Origin: a candidate division FCPU426 bacterium
GTDB taxonomy: Bacteria; Oederibacteriota; Muellerivitia; Muellerivitales; Muellerivitaceae
Assembly (NCBI GenBank): GCA_963796105.1
Contig: CAWCKJ010000008.1
Location: 1-64,000 of the forward strand
Direction: 5' to 3'
DNA length: 64,000 bases
Part shown: piece after piece, positions 49,460 through 60,543 of the stretch
How the letters are laid out: the number at the start of each line of letters is the position of its first letter
How positions within the stretch are numbered: the first letter of the stretch is position 1
Made by a program: the position numbers and the translations under genes
Notes under the pieces: model-generated
Database searches by the model: none
Seen by the model: only the letters and a program-made list of their open reading frames with translations
What the model was told of the DNA's origin: nothing

Positions 49460-51934
49460 TTGCCTCGGAAAAGGAAAAGCAAGACTACAAAAACTATAAA
49501 CGAGCTTCAAAACCCGCCAGCGGTTGCTTCGAAATCCCATCATGCATTAACCTTGTTGCTCATCCTAGGATGGATTTTAATTTCTCTGTATTTTCTGGGT
49601 CTTCAAAATTTCCATCCTGTTTTCAATGTGCCACCAAACATACCCCCAAGGCTCATGAAACTATTGGGATTCCAGTTTTTCCTCGGTGCGGGTTTTATCG
49701 CATTAATGTTTCTCAATAAACCCGAATCTAATTTAACGGGTGATATCGGAAGAAACCATTCCCGTATGTTGCTTTTAGGGATCATGGCTTTGACGGCATT
49801 TATGAGACTTTATCAAGCTGATTCCATTCCCGGCCATTACTGGGATGACTTTTTCTTGCCGATCGAAGACGGCTGTCAAATTGCCGATTATCATAAATTT
49901 TCTGTTTTCGGAACGTTTCAAGATGGCGAACCCCTTTATGGCTATGTTCTTGGTGCGGTTTTATACCTTTTTCCCAAATGGGATGGCCTACTCATCCAAC
50001 GCTTAGTCGCAACCGGGTTCGATCTTTTCGCTGTTTGGATTTTTTACTTACTCGGAAAAGAATTTGGAAAACGCCGAATCGGTATTTTAATGGCTTCCTT
50101 TGGCGCGATGAACAAACCCATGATCATGATGATTTTTAGCTATATGCGTTTCGTAACCATTCCTGCGTTTACAGCTCTCAGCCTCCTGTTTTCATTGCGC
50201 TTGTTTAAAAAACCAAACTTGTCCCATTTTATTCAATGGGGTGCCACAATCGCCGTGGGTTACTACACCTATACGGCTTACCGGCTCTTAGGACTTTTTA
50301 TTGTATTCGCGGTATTGGCTTGGGTTCTTTTTAGGAAGAAACTTACAACCATAACTATTCATGAAGGCCTTTTAGGTTCTGGATTAGCTGGGATCATTTT
50401 TTTGATTTTCATTTATCAAAATCGAACTTGCTTAAATCCACAATCCGGACTTAAAAACAGCGTGGTCTTTTTAGCGGAAAACGGGAAATTGGTTATTGTC
50501 TTATTGATGGGATGGATATTCTGGGAATACCTAATGAAAGTGCGCAAGGGCATTGGGGATAAAATCCTACTTTACTACACCATAAGTGTTCTTCTCATCA
50601 TGGCTTTGGTTTATCCTATTTTTTCAGGAGGGGAGAGAGTTTCCAGCCGTTTATATTCAATATTAAGTCTTTCCCCGGCCGATTCATCTTTTTTTCAAAT
50701 TGCTCGTATTCTTTTCAACCGCGTCCTTACTACTTTCAATACCTTATTTCATACCGGGCTGGACCGGGAAGATATCAATATATTCGGTGATCCCTATTTT
50801 GGAGTGGCGGACTTAATTTGCGTCTTTCCTGGCTTAATTTATGTTCTTTTTAAACCCTCTTGGAAAAAAACTTTTATTCTTTTAACGGCTTTTGCTGGAC
50901 TAAGTCCGCATATATTTGCTGATCCGGGGGGCAATAGGTTGGTGGGATGCATTGTTCCATTGCTTTTGATCGGAGCCCTGGGTTTTGATCAAATGTTTGA
51001 GGCGACAACCGCCTGCTCTGGGCGTCATTTGGGGTTTGGATTGGGAGTTCTGGCCTGGCTTGGCCTTTTAAGTTTCGGCTCCTATTCCACATTTGAAAAA
51101 GTATATTTTCATTTCAACACTAAAAAGCGCCATGAAGTCATCATGGCGGAGCAACTTAGGAAAGATTGCGAGAACAGCCGCGTATATGGTTATTATGAAG
51201 GCTCTGGTCCGACGAATGTTATGAACGAAAATTTCGTATCTTATTGGTTGTCCTTGGATTCAAATCCGGTTTATTTGGGCTCGGAAGAGAAAACCCCTAA
51301 TATAACTGTTTTGATCCAGAGTGATATTATTCCAAGACTTCCAGGGCTTATTGAAAAAATGAGAACTCAATTTCCGAATGGGAAGTGGGATAAGATTAGT
51401 TTTGATCCTAATAGCCCGCCTGGCAATTTCTGCATAGTCCGATTTTTTATTCCGGGCAGTCAGATATCAGCGGATAATTCTAAATTATTCTATGCCGCAA
51501 GGATTCCAAAGCCAAAATGGACAAGAAGATTTTTTATGGACCGCTACCGCATTGGCCGGGGAGTTGTCCTCGCGGAGGACCGCGTTGAAGACGTGAATGA
51601 GCCATTACCAATAGGAATACAAAAAAGATCTATTCTTTTTTCAAATCCCTCTGTGTCAATTCGTGTGGAGGGCGTTTTTCATGCAACTGAGGATGGCCAA
51701 TACAAATTTTCGACTGAAACAGATAATGCAACCGATCTTTGGCTTAACGATCATTTAATCCTTTATCTCAGGCCATGGGGTAAAACAAAATATTCAAAAA
51801 AGTTATTTCTTGCTAAGGGCGATTATGCCGTCCGTTTGATGACCCATTCCCCTGGTGCTGAGAAAATTCCTAACTTGACTGTTATTTATCCTTCTTCGGA
51901 AGAATCGAAAGATTTTTTCAAAACAGCTTCATGA
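49460..51934 (+). CDS. PMT_2/GT39-like (GT-C) glycosyltransferase with C-terminal PA14-like domain
   Basis: 'MRLYQ.D.IPG..WDD', multi-TM core, 'G.YTY..YR', C-terminal 'EG.F....DGQYKF...DN...LWLND...L.KG.Y.V.L'. Confidence 0.8.
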   Translation: MPRKRKSKTTKTINELQNPPAVASKSHHALTLLLILGWILISLYFLGLQNFHPVFNVPPNIPPRLMKLLGFQFFLGAGFIALMFLNKPESNLTGDIGRNHSRMLLLGIMALTAFMRLYQADSIPGHYWDDFFLPIEDGCQIADYHKFSVFGTFQDGEPLYGYVLGAVLYLFPKWDGLLIQRLVATGFDLFAVWIFYLLGKEFGKRRIGILMASFGAMNKPMIMMIFSYMRFVTIPAFTALSLLFSLRLFKKPNLSHFIQWGATIAVGYYTYTAYRLLGLFIVFAVLAWVLFRKKLTTITIHEGLLGSGLAGIIFLIFIYQNRTCLNPQSGLKNSVVFLAENGKLVIVLLMGWIFWEYLMKVRKGIGDKILLYYTISVLLIMALVYPIFSGGERVSSRLYSILSLSPADSSFFQIARILFNRVLTTFNTLFHTGLDREDINIFGDPYFGVADLICVFPGLIYVLFKPSWKKTFILLTAFAGLSPHIFADPGGNRLVGCIVPLLLIGALGFDQMFEATTACSGRHLGFGLGVLAWLGLLSFGSYSTFEKVYFHFNTKKRHEVIMAEQLRKDCENSRVYGYYEGSGPTNVMNENFVSYWLSLDSNPVYLGSEEKTPNITVLIQSDIIPRLPGLIEKMRTQFPNGKWDKISFDPNSPPGNFCIVRFFIPGSQISADNSKLFYAARIPKPKWTRRFFMDRYRIGRGVVLAEDRVEDVNEPLPIGIQKRSILFSNPSVSIRVEGVFHATEDGQYKFSTETDNATDLWLNDHLILYLRPWGKTKYSKKLFLAKGDYAVRLMTHSPGAEKIPNLTVIYPSSEESKDFFKTAS

Positions 51935-52008
51935 ATAAATTTAAGTTAAGAATTAGGGAAATATGGATGCGGTCCTCATAACGATCCTATTTTTAAAGGA
52001 ATGTTTTA

Positions 52009-54289
52009 TTATTTCACGGGCATGATTAAACTGAACCCGTCTTTCAACGTGTCATCTGCTGAATCCCTTGAAACCCACAGGTCGAACCAACCGGGTTCCA
52101 TCACGTATCTCCCTTTTTCGTTGTAAAAACCGAGATTTTTTCCTGGAAGGTTGAATTCCACCGTTTGGGTTTCGCCGGGATTTAAGTGGATATGCTTGAA
52201 ATCCACAAGTTTCTTGACTGGTTGGGTGATACTGGCGCCACTTGAGTTGTGGATATAGAGCTGAACGATTTCGTCCCCAGCCAATTTGCCATTGTTGGTT
52301 ATGTCGGCTTTCACGATGATCGTTTCTGAGGAAGTGAGGTTATTGGCGCTCAATTTCAACCGTGAATAATCAAACTGTGTGTAACTTAAACCGAACCCAA
52401 AGGGGTAGAGAGGGGTATTGGGGCAGTCGATGTATTTCGACTCCCATTTGTCCTTTCCAACCGCAGGTCTTCCAGTGTTTTTATGGGAATAATAAATAGG
52501 AATTTGACCGAGGTTGCGGGGAAATGTCACTGGTAGTTTGCCGGAAGGGTTGAAATCTCCGAAAAGAACGTCACTTACCGCAAGACCTTGTTGCGTTCCT
52601 AAAAACCAAGTTTCCAAAATGGCGGGGAGGTGTTCTGCCTCCCAGGGGATCGTTAAAGGACGGCCGTTCATTAATACCAACACCACTGGAATTTTTAAGG
52701 CTTGTATGGCCTTGATCATTTCCTCCTGCCGGCCTGGTAGATCCAAGGAGGTGCGGCTGGCGGCTTCCCCGCTCATGGATTGTCTCTCCCCTGCTACGAC
52801 TATCGCCACTTGGGCTTCTTTGGCGGTCCTGACCGCATTGTCAATCAAGGATTGGGGTGCATCCGTGGATTCTGGGTCGACGCCGGGCGAGTATAGGACC
52901 TTGGTTTCTGCGGAAACTTTAGCCTGAATGCCTTTCAGGATCGGAACAACTTTTTCTAAGGCATCTTCCCCACGGCAATGCCAAGACCCGAGTGGATCGA
53001 GGTTGGAAGCGGCCAGGGAGCCGATCACGGCAATTTTTTTTAGATTTTTCGGGAGGGGAAGCAGATTTTTTTCATTTTTTAATAACACGATGGATTGCCG
53101 TGCTTCTTGCAGGGCCAAGGACAAATTCTCAGCAGTCAACATGACTTCGTCCTCCTTTCCTTCGTCGGCATAGGGGTGATCGAACAAACCCAGTTCAAAC
53201 TTGACTCTTAAGATGCGTTTGACCGAATCGTTGATAAGCGAAACTGGAATTTTTTTTTCTTTGATCAGGTTGGCGAGATTCATGCCGTAGACGTTGGAAT
53301 GCATATCCATGTCAACGCCTGCCAATATACCCTTTTGGGCGGCGTCCTTATCATCGTGGGCGTAACCATGATGGACCAATTGTTTGATCGACGCCCAATC
53401 TGAGACCACGAAACCATTAAAGCCCCATTCTCCCTTGAGGATTTCCCTGATGGTATGCCGGTTTCCGGAAGCCGGGACTCCGTTTAAATCGTTAAAGGCG
53501 CTCATCAGGGTTAGGACGCCAGCTTCGACCGCGGCCTGGAAAGGAGGTAAATGGATTTCGCGAAGCGTTACTTCAGACATGTCAGTCGTGTTATATTCGC
53601 GCCCCGCTTCGGCGGCGCCATATCCCACATAATGCTTGGCGCATGCGGCGATGGAATCCAGATCGCTCAAGGATTGTCCTTGGAAACCTCGAACCCTAGC
53701 GGAGGCTAGGGCGGAACCCAAGGCCGGATCCTCGCCGGAACCCTCTGAGATTCGTCCCCAACGGGGTTCCCGGGTCACATCCACCATCGGAGCGAAAGTC
53801 CATTTCACGCCAGCCGCGGCGGCTTCCTTCGCAGCCACATGCGCGCATTTTTGAAGCAAGTTCCGGATTCCAACCGCTGTCTTCCGCCAGTGGAATTGGA
53901 AAAATGGTTTTATAACCGTGAATGACATCCAACCCGAATAGAAGGGGAATATGTAGTCTTGATCCTTCCATGGCGATCTTTTGATATTCGTTTGTATTTT
54001 TAGCTCCGAAAACGTTCAACAAAGAGCCGATCTTGCCTTGCCCCACCTGGGTTTTCATCGCCGCTTCTGTGTCTTTCCATGGGCTGAATTGAACCATTTG
54101 ACCAATTTTTTCGTCTAAATTCATTTTGGCGAGAAGAGATTTCACCTTATTCTCGATCAACGCATTTGCTAAGGGTGATTGCCTTGTAGGGCTTGGGGTA
54201 TTCGAATCACTCTTCGGTTCGCACTTGCCCGGCCCCGCTTTTATTGCCAGCACTAATATGGCCAAGCAAATTCCTGTGATTTTTTTCAT
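52009..54289 (-). CDS. bglX: GH3 beta-glucosidase (BglX-like), +1 frameshift near 53855
   Basis: N-part: signal peptide, 'MNLDEKIGQM', 'IPLLFGLDVIHG..TIFPIPLA'; C-part: 'APMVDV.REPRWGR..EG.GEDP', 'KHYVGYG', 'VSDW', Fn3-like end; one-base deletion gives PELAQKCAH. Confidence 0.88.
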
Positions 54290-54384
54290 GATTATCCTTT
54301 GGGATTGGAATGCTGTGATTCTACCTAAAGTTTAAGAATGCTTTTCAAAAATTTAAGATGACAAGCAAAGCCGGGTTTTTCGCA

Positions 54385-54427
54385 TTGACGGTGCTTTTAG
54401 GCTATGACATACTGTAAAACGTTTTGG
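54385..54427 (+). promoter_or_regulatory. Sigma70 promoter with overlapping LacI-type operator
   Basis: TTGACG-N17-CATACT with extended TG; palindrome AAAACGTTTT (54416-54425) over the predicted start site. Confidence 0.6.
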
Positions 54428-54481
54428 GCCTTTTCTAATTCTCGAAAGTGTTTTTTTCATTAAAAATGCTGGGAGGTTCGT

Positions 54482-55774
54482 ATGAAGCGTCTTCGGGTTG
54501 GTCTGGGAGTTTTAGCCTGCCTTATCCTTATCAGCGCTTGGGGACTTTCGGGTTGTGGGACTAAACTCGGCGGGGTACAAATCAAAATTTCCGCCTGGGG
54601 AACCCCGCAAGAAAACAAAATCCTCACGGACCTCATAACGGATTATGAAAAACTCCACTCCGGAGTTCATGTTGATCTTCTCTATATTCCTTTTAACGAG
54701 TATGTCACGAAACTTCTCACCCAGGTGGCGGCAGGTATCGCTCCTGACGTGATTTTTGTGGAAGTCAATAACTTCGTGAATCTTTACTTGGGTGGAGCTC
54801 TGGAGCCTCTGGACCCCTATATCCAAGCCGATCATGTGAACTTGCAAGATTATTACCCTGAGGTTGTAGACCGATTCACCGTCGAAAACCAAACTTATGT
54901 TATTCCTAGGGACACGGCTCCAATATGTGTTGTCTATTACAACAAGAAAGCTTTTGATGAGGCTGGTGTCGCTTATCCGACCGACGAATGGAATTGGGAT
55001 GATTTTGTCGCTATTGGAAAGAAGGTCGAGAAGACCGACGCCACCGGCAAGGTGACCCGATGGGGTTTCGTGGAGGACTGGCCGATGTGGGACGAGTGGG
55101 TCTTGGATGCGGGAGGAAGTTTCGCGGACAGCGTCAAGCACCCCACGAAATGGACTTTTGCGACCGATCCTGACAGCCTCAAGGGAATTCAATTCCGAAC
55201 TGATTTGATGAATAAATACAAGGTTATGCCCCAGCCCTCAAGCCTGTCGGCCATGGGCGGGATGGGAACAGATGATTTATTCATGAACGGAACTGTGGCC
55301 ATGTTTCTTTCTGGCATCTGGAAAACACCCCGTTTCCGCGATATCAAAGATTTCAAATGGGATGTGGTTATGTTCCCCAAGGGCCCCAAAGGCCGGGCCT
55401 TTATGACAGGCGGTTCGGGTTACAGCATCCTGAAAAGTTCCAAGTATAAGAAAGAAGCTTGGGATTTGATCAAGTACATATCGGGCCCGGAAGGAGCGAA
55501 GAAGCTCGCCGCTACTGGTTTAGCGCAACCCGCCATCATGAGCGTAGCTAATTCTCCAATATTCCTCGACGGCAAAGATCCTCAAAACAAGAAAATGCTC
55601 CTGGAAGCCATGAAATACGTTAAATACAATACCATGTGCAAGAACTGGTTTGAGGCTCATGACAGTTTGATTGGACCGGAGTTGGACAAGGTCTGGAGCG
55701 GCACGGAGACGGCCGCGGAGGCCATGGAGAAATTGAAATCACTGCTTGATAAAAATCCGCCCCAATTGCAGTAA
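54482..55774 (+). CDS. Carbohydrate ABC transporter substrate-binding lipoprotein
   Basis: Lipobox LSGC, 'Y.TKL.T..AAG.APDV', 'YYNK..FDEAGV.YP', 'F.NG.VAM..SG.W'. Confidence 0.92.
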   Translation: MKRLRVGLGVLACLILISAWGLSGCGTKLGGVQIKISAWGTPQENKILTDLITDYEKLHSGVHVDLLYIPFNEYVTKLLTQVAAGIAPDVIFVEVNNFVNLYLGGALEPLDPYIQADHVNLQDYYPEVVDRFTVENQTYVIPRDTAPICVVYYNKKAFDEAGVAYPTDEWNWDDFVAIGKKVEKTDATGKVTRWGFVEDWPMWDEWVLDAGGSFADSVKHPTKWTFATDPDSLKGIQFRTDLMNKYKVMPQPSSLSAMGGMGTDDLFMNGTVAMFLSGIWKTPRFRDIKDFKWDVVMFPKGPKGRAFMTGGSGYSILKSSKYKKEAWDLIKYISGPEGAKKLAATGLAQPAIMSVANSPIFLDGKDPQNKKMLLEAMKYVKYNTMCKNWFEAHDSLIGPELDKVWSGTETAAEAMEKLKSLLDKNPPQLQ

Positions 55775-55801
55775 TTATTATAATCCCGGAGGAAACTGAA
55801 A

Positions 55802-56713
55802 ATGACATCGGCTGAACGCAAGGAAGCCATCAGCGCCTTCATATTCATTTCACCTTTTCTTTTTTGGATGGTGTTCCTGATGGGTGGGCCGATTATCGCC
55901 GCCTTTTTCCTTTCGTTCTGCAAGTGGGACATTTTGACAAAAATTCAGTTCGTTGGGTTGGATAATTACAAAGAAATGTTCTTTAACGACGCTCGTTTTT
56001 GGAAGGCCCTCTATAACACGGCATATTTCACCCTTCTTTCAGTGCCGATCGGAATGGTCCTTTCCATCATCGTTGCTCTTTTGATGAACCAGAAGATTAA
56101 GGGTATTGCGGCCTATCGGACCATTTATTACCTTCCGTCCGTTATGGCCACGAGCGTTGCGATGGCGGTATTGTGGAAGTGGATTTTCAACGCCGACTCG
56201 GGCCTTTTGAATTACTCCATCACGGCATTGACTGGACTTCCGATCGCGGACTGCCCTAAGTGGCTGGCGAGCGAGGCGTGGAGCAAGCCCGCCCTGGTCA
56301 TCATGAGTTTTTGGAATGTCGGCGGCGGGATGATCATTTACCTGGCTGGACTCCAGGGAATCCCCAACACCCTTTACGAGGCCGCGGAAATTGACGGGGC
56401 CAACCAATGGCAGCAGTTCTGGACCGTGACGATCCCTGGATTGTCGCCGGTCATTTTCTTCCAGCTTATCATTACTATTGTGGGGTCTTTCCAGATCTTC
56501 AACCAAGTTTATGTCATGACCGACGGGCTGGGCGGGCCAGCTGATTCCACCTTGGTCATGGTTCTCTACATTTATCAAAAAGCCTTTAAATACTACCAAA
56601 TGGGTTACGCGTCGGCATTGGCATGGGTCTTGTTCGTCGTGATCATGCTGGCGACTTGGCTGCAGTTCAAGTATTCCAAATGGGTATACTACGAAGGCGA
56701 ACTCCGCAAATAG
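55802..56713 (+). CDS. Carbohydrate ABC transporter permease
   Basis: 'FVGLDNY', EAA loop 'LYEAAEIDGA'. Confidence 0.93.
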   Translation: MTSAERKEAISAFIFISPFLFWMVFLMGGPIIAAFFLSFCKWDILTKIQFVGLDNYKEMFFNDARFWKALYNTAYFTLLSVPIGMVLSIIVALLMNQKIKGIAAYRTIYYLPSVMATSVAMAVLWKWIFNADSGLLNYSITALTGLPIADCPKWLASEAWSKPALVIMSFWNVGGGMIIYLAGLQGIPNTLYEAAEIDGANQWQQFWTVTIPGLSPVIFFQLIITIVGSFQIFNQVYVMTDGLGGPADSTLVMVLYIYQKAFKYYQMGYASALAWVLFVVIMLATWLQFKYSKWVYYEGELRK

Positions 56714-56723
56714 GAAAGGGAAT

Positions 56724-57659
56724 ATGGGCGAAACTACCATAGCGGTTCAAAAACCTGGCAAGCATTGGGCCAGCAAAAAGAAAAACGAGCGGATCACGAA
56801 AATAGTGGTTTCGATTATCCTGGGCTTGGGAGCCGTGACCATGATCGTTCCCATTTTCTGGATGATTTCGACGTCCTTTAAGAGCCCCACTGAAGTGTTC
56901 GCTATTCCCCCCGTGTGGATTCCCAGCCCCCTCCACTTGGAAAACTATCCCAAGGCCTGGACCATTTCCGGCATGTATTCCTCCGACACATGGAGTTTTT
57001 TGGGGATCCAGATTCAAGGAGTCACCTTCACGACGTATTTGATCAACACCCTGACCATCGCGATTTTAAGCTGTGTGGGTGTGACTTTTTCCTCCTCCAT
57101 GGTGGCTTTTGCGTTCGCGCGGCTTCGTTTTCCAGGACGCAATTTTTTATTCCTGCTTTGCCTGGCGACTTTAATGGTGCCGGGACAGGTCACCATGATT
57201 CCCTCGTTTATTCTTTTTAAAAGCATCGGCTGGTATGACACCTTCTATCCTCTCGTTGTTCCCGCGTTCTTAGGCGGAGGCGCCTGGAATATATTCCTCA
57301 TGCGGCAGTTTTTTATGACGATTCCCTATGAAATGGACGATGCGGCAAAGATCGACGGATGCACAGACATCGGGGTTTGGTGGCGAATCCTGATGCCCCT
57401 TTGCAAACCCGCTTTAACCACGGTCGCGGTATTCTCTTTCGTTTATAACTGGAACGACTTCATGAACCCCCTGATCTTCCTGGATTCCAACAGCAAAAAG
57501 ACCCTGGCCTTGGGATTGACCAATTTCGTCTCATTGTATGGGCAGGATTATCACTTGCTTATGGCGGCATCGCTCATTATCTCGATCCCCATCGCCTTGA
57601 TGTTCCTGGCGGGCCAGAGATACTTCATCCAAGGAATCGCCACGACCGGATTGAAATAA
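56724..57659 (+). CDS. Carbohydrate ABC transporter permease
   Basis: 'FARLRFPGR', 'RQFF..IP.E..DAAKIDG', 'QRYFIQG..TGLK'. Confidence 0.93.
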   Translation: MGETTIAVQKPGKHWASKKKNERITKIVVSIILGLGAVTMIVPIFWMISTSFKSPTEVFAIPPVWIPSPLHLENYPKAWTISGMYSSDTWSFLGIQIQGVTFTTYLINTLTIAILSCVGVTFSSSMVAFAFARLRFPGRNFLFLLCLATLMVPGQVTMIPSFILFKSIGWYDTFYPLVVPAFLGGGAWNIFLMRQFFMTIPYEMDDAAKIDGCTDIGVWWRILMPLCKPALTTVAVFSFVYNWNDFMNPLIFLDSNSKKTLALGLTNFVSLYGQDYHLLMAASLIISIPIALMFLAGQRYFIQGIATTGLK

Positions 57660-57680
57660 ATTACCGGCAGGATATGAACC

Positions 57681-57720
57681 GAGCCCTTGTTCCAGCCTTT
57701 GGGACAGGGGCTTTTGTTTA
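57681..57720 (+). terminator. Probable intrinsic terminator after the ABC operon
   Basis: GAGCCCTTGTTCC/GGACAGGGGCTT stem followed by TTTTGTTT. Confidence 0.5.
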
Positions 57721-57812
57721 GCAGTACAAGGCGGTGCTGTAAGGTTTCCATTTTTTTAAAAAAGTCGGTAACTTTTTGAGGGCTGGATTTTAATACATGA
57801 AGGAGATTTGGA

Positions 57813-58982
57813 ATGAAGAGCAAGCTTTCCCCATTGGGCAAGGAGAGGTTTTTTTTCACTTCGGAGTCGGTTACGGAGGGACACCCGGATAAGGTCGCGG
57901 ACGCCGTATCGGATGGAATTTTAGACGCTTGCCTCGCTCAAGACCCCTACAGCCGAGTCGCCTGCGAGACACTATTGACTTGTAATTGGGTGGTCGTAGC
58001 CGGGGAAATCACTACCAAGGCCAATGTGAACTGGCCCCAGGTCATACGCGAAACGATCCGGAGGATCGGATATACCGATGCTAAGGCTGGGTTAGACGCT
58101 GACACCGCGGGCGTCTCCGTGGCCATCAACCGTCAATCCCCTGATATCGCCATGGGCGTTGATACGGGCGGAGCCGGGGACCAGGGCATGATGTTCGGTT
58201 TCGCTTGCCGGGAGACCCCCGAGTTGATGCCTTTGCCCATCATGCTGGCCCACCGTCTGGTTGAAAAACTGGCCCAGGTTCGCCGCGCCAAGAAAATCCT
58301 TTACCTCCGGCCGGACGGAAAAAGCCAGGTTTCGGTGGAGTATATCGGAGGCAAGCCGGTGCGTGTGGACGCGGTGGTTGTCTCCACACAGCACGCCCCA
58401 GTGAACCAGGGGAAGTTACGCCAGGATATCATCCGACACGTCATCCGCCCGGTCATTCCTTCAAGGATGATCGACTCGAAAACCAAGATTTTCGTGAATC
58501 CCACCGGCCGTTTTGAGATCGGCGGTCCCTTGGGCGACACGGGCTTGACAGGCCGAAAGATCATCGTGGACACCTACGGCGGTTATGGACGCCATGGCGG
58601 CGGGGCTTTCTCGGGAAAAGATCCCTCCAAGGTCGACCGTTCCGCGGCTTATGCCGCGCGCTGGGTGGCCAAAAATATCGTCGCGGCGGGCTTGGCGGAC
58701 AAGTGCGAGGTGCAGATTTCCTATGCCATCGGGGTCGCGGAGCCCACCAGCGTCCTGGTCGATACCTTTGGGACGGGTCGTTTGCCGGAAGAGCAGATTA
58801 CCCAGCTGGTCCGTCAATGCTTTGACCTGAAGCCCAGGGCCATTATCAAGGCACTCAATTTGCGCCGGCCTATTTACCAGAAGACCTCCGCGTACGGACA
58901 TTTCGGGCGCAAAGACAAGGATTTTACTTGGGAAAGGACCGACAAGGCCGCGGCTCTTCGTAAAGCGGCTAAATTACGTTAA
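57813..58982 (+). CDS. metK: S-adenosylmethionine synthetase
   Basis: [35 protein letters not shown]. Confidence 0.98.
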   Translation: MKSKLSPLGKERFFFTSESVTEGHPDKVADAVSDGILDACLAQDPYSRVACETLLTCNWVVVAGEITTKANVNWPQVIRETIRRIGYTDAKAGLDADTAGVSVAINRQSPDIAMGVDTGGAGDQGMMFGFACRETPELMPLPIMLAHRLVEKLAQVRRAKKILYLRPDGKSQVSVEYIGGKPVRVDAVVVSTQHAPVNQGKLRQDIIRHVIRPVIPSRMIDSKTKIFVNPTGRFEIGGPLGDTGLTGRKIIVDTYGGYGRHGGGAFSGKDPSKVDRSAAYAARWVAKNIVAAGLADKCEVQISYAIGVAEPTSVLVDTFGTGRLPEEQITQLVRQCFDLKPRAIIKALNLRRPIYQKTSAYGHFGRKDKDFTWERTDKAAALRKAAKLR

Positions 58983-59071
58983 TTTTTTTATCGGGAAGAA
59001 AGCTTAAACAAGGGACTGCGTCAACGCGGTCCCTTGAAATTATAGTAATATCACAAAATAGGGGTGTCTGA

Positions 59072-60328
<1,257 letters not shown>

Positions 60329-60422
60329 TAACATTTCGGCTAAATACCTTTGCGGTCAATTGATTAGGAGTTAAGACAAGATCAAACGGGAGTTTCCGAG
60401 GTTAAGACGTTGAAATTTATTT

Positions 60423-60460
60423 AAAAGGCGTGAAATCTCCGGGTTTCACGCCTTTTTTTA
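60423..60460 (+). terminator. Intrinsic terminator
   Basis: AAAAGGCGTGAAA...TTTCACGCC-TTTTTTT. Confidence 0.8.
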
Positions 60461-60543
60461 TTTAACATGATAGATTCCTTTTTTTCCAAGTCTAAAAATT
60501 GCCGTATAATTAACCGGCTTTAAAAAATGTTTTGGAGGAAACC

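Noticed and set aside
57660..59071. SAM or SAH riboswitch before metK/ahcY
   Set aside because: Only simple hairpins seen; no recognisable consensus by eye
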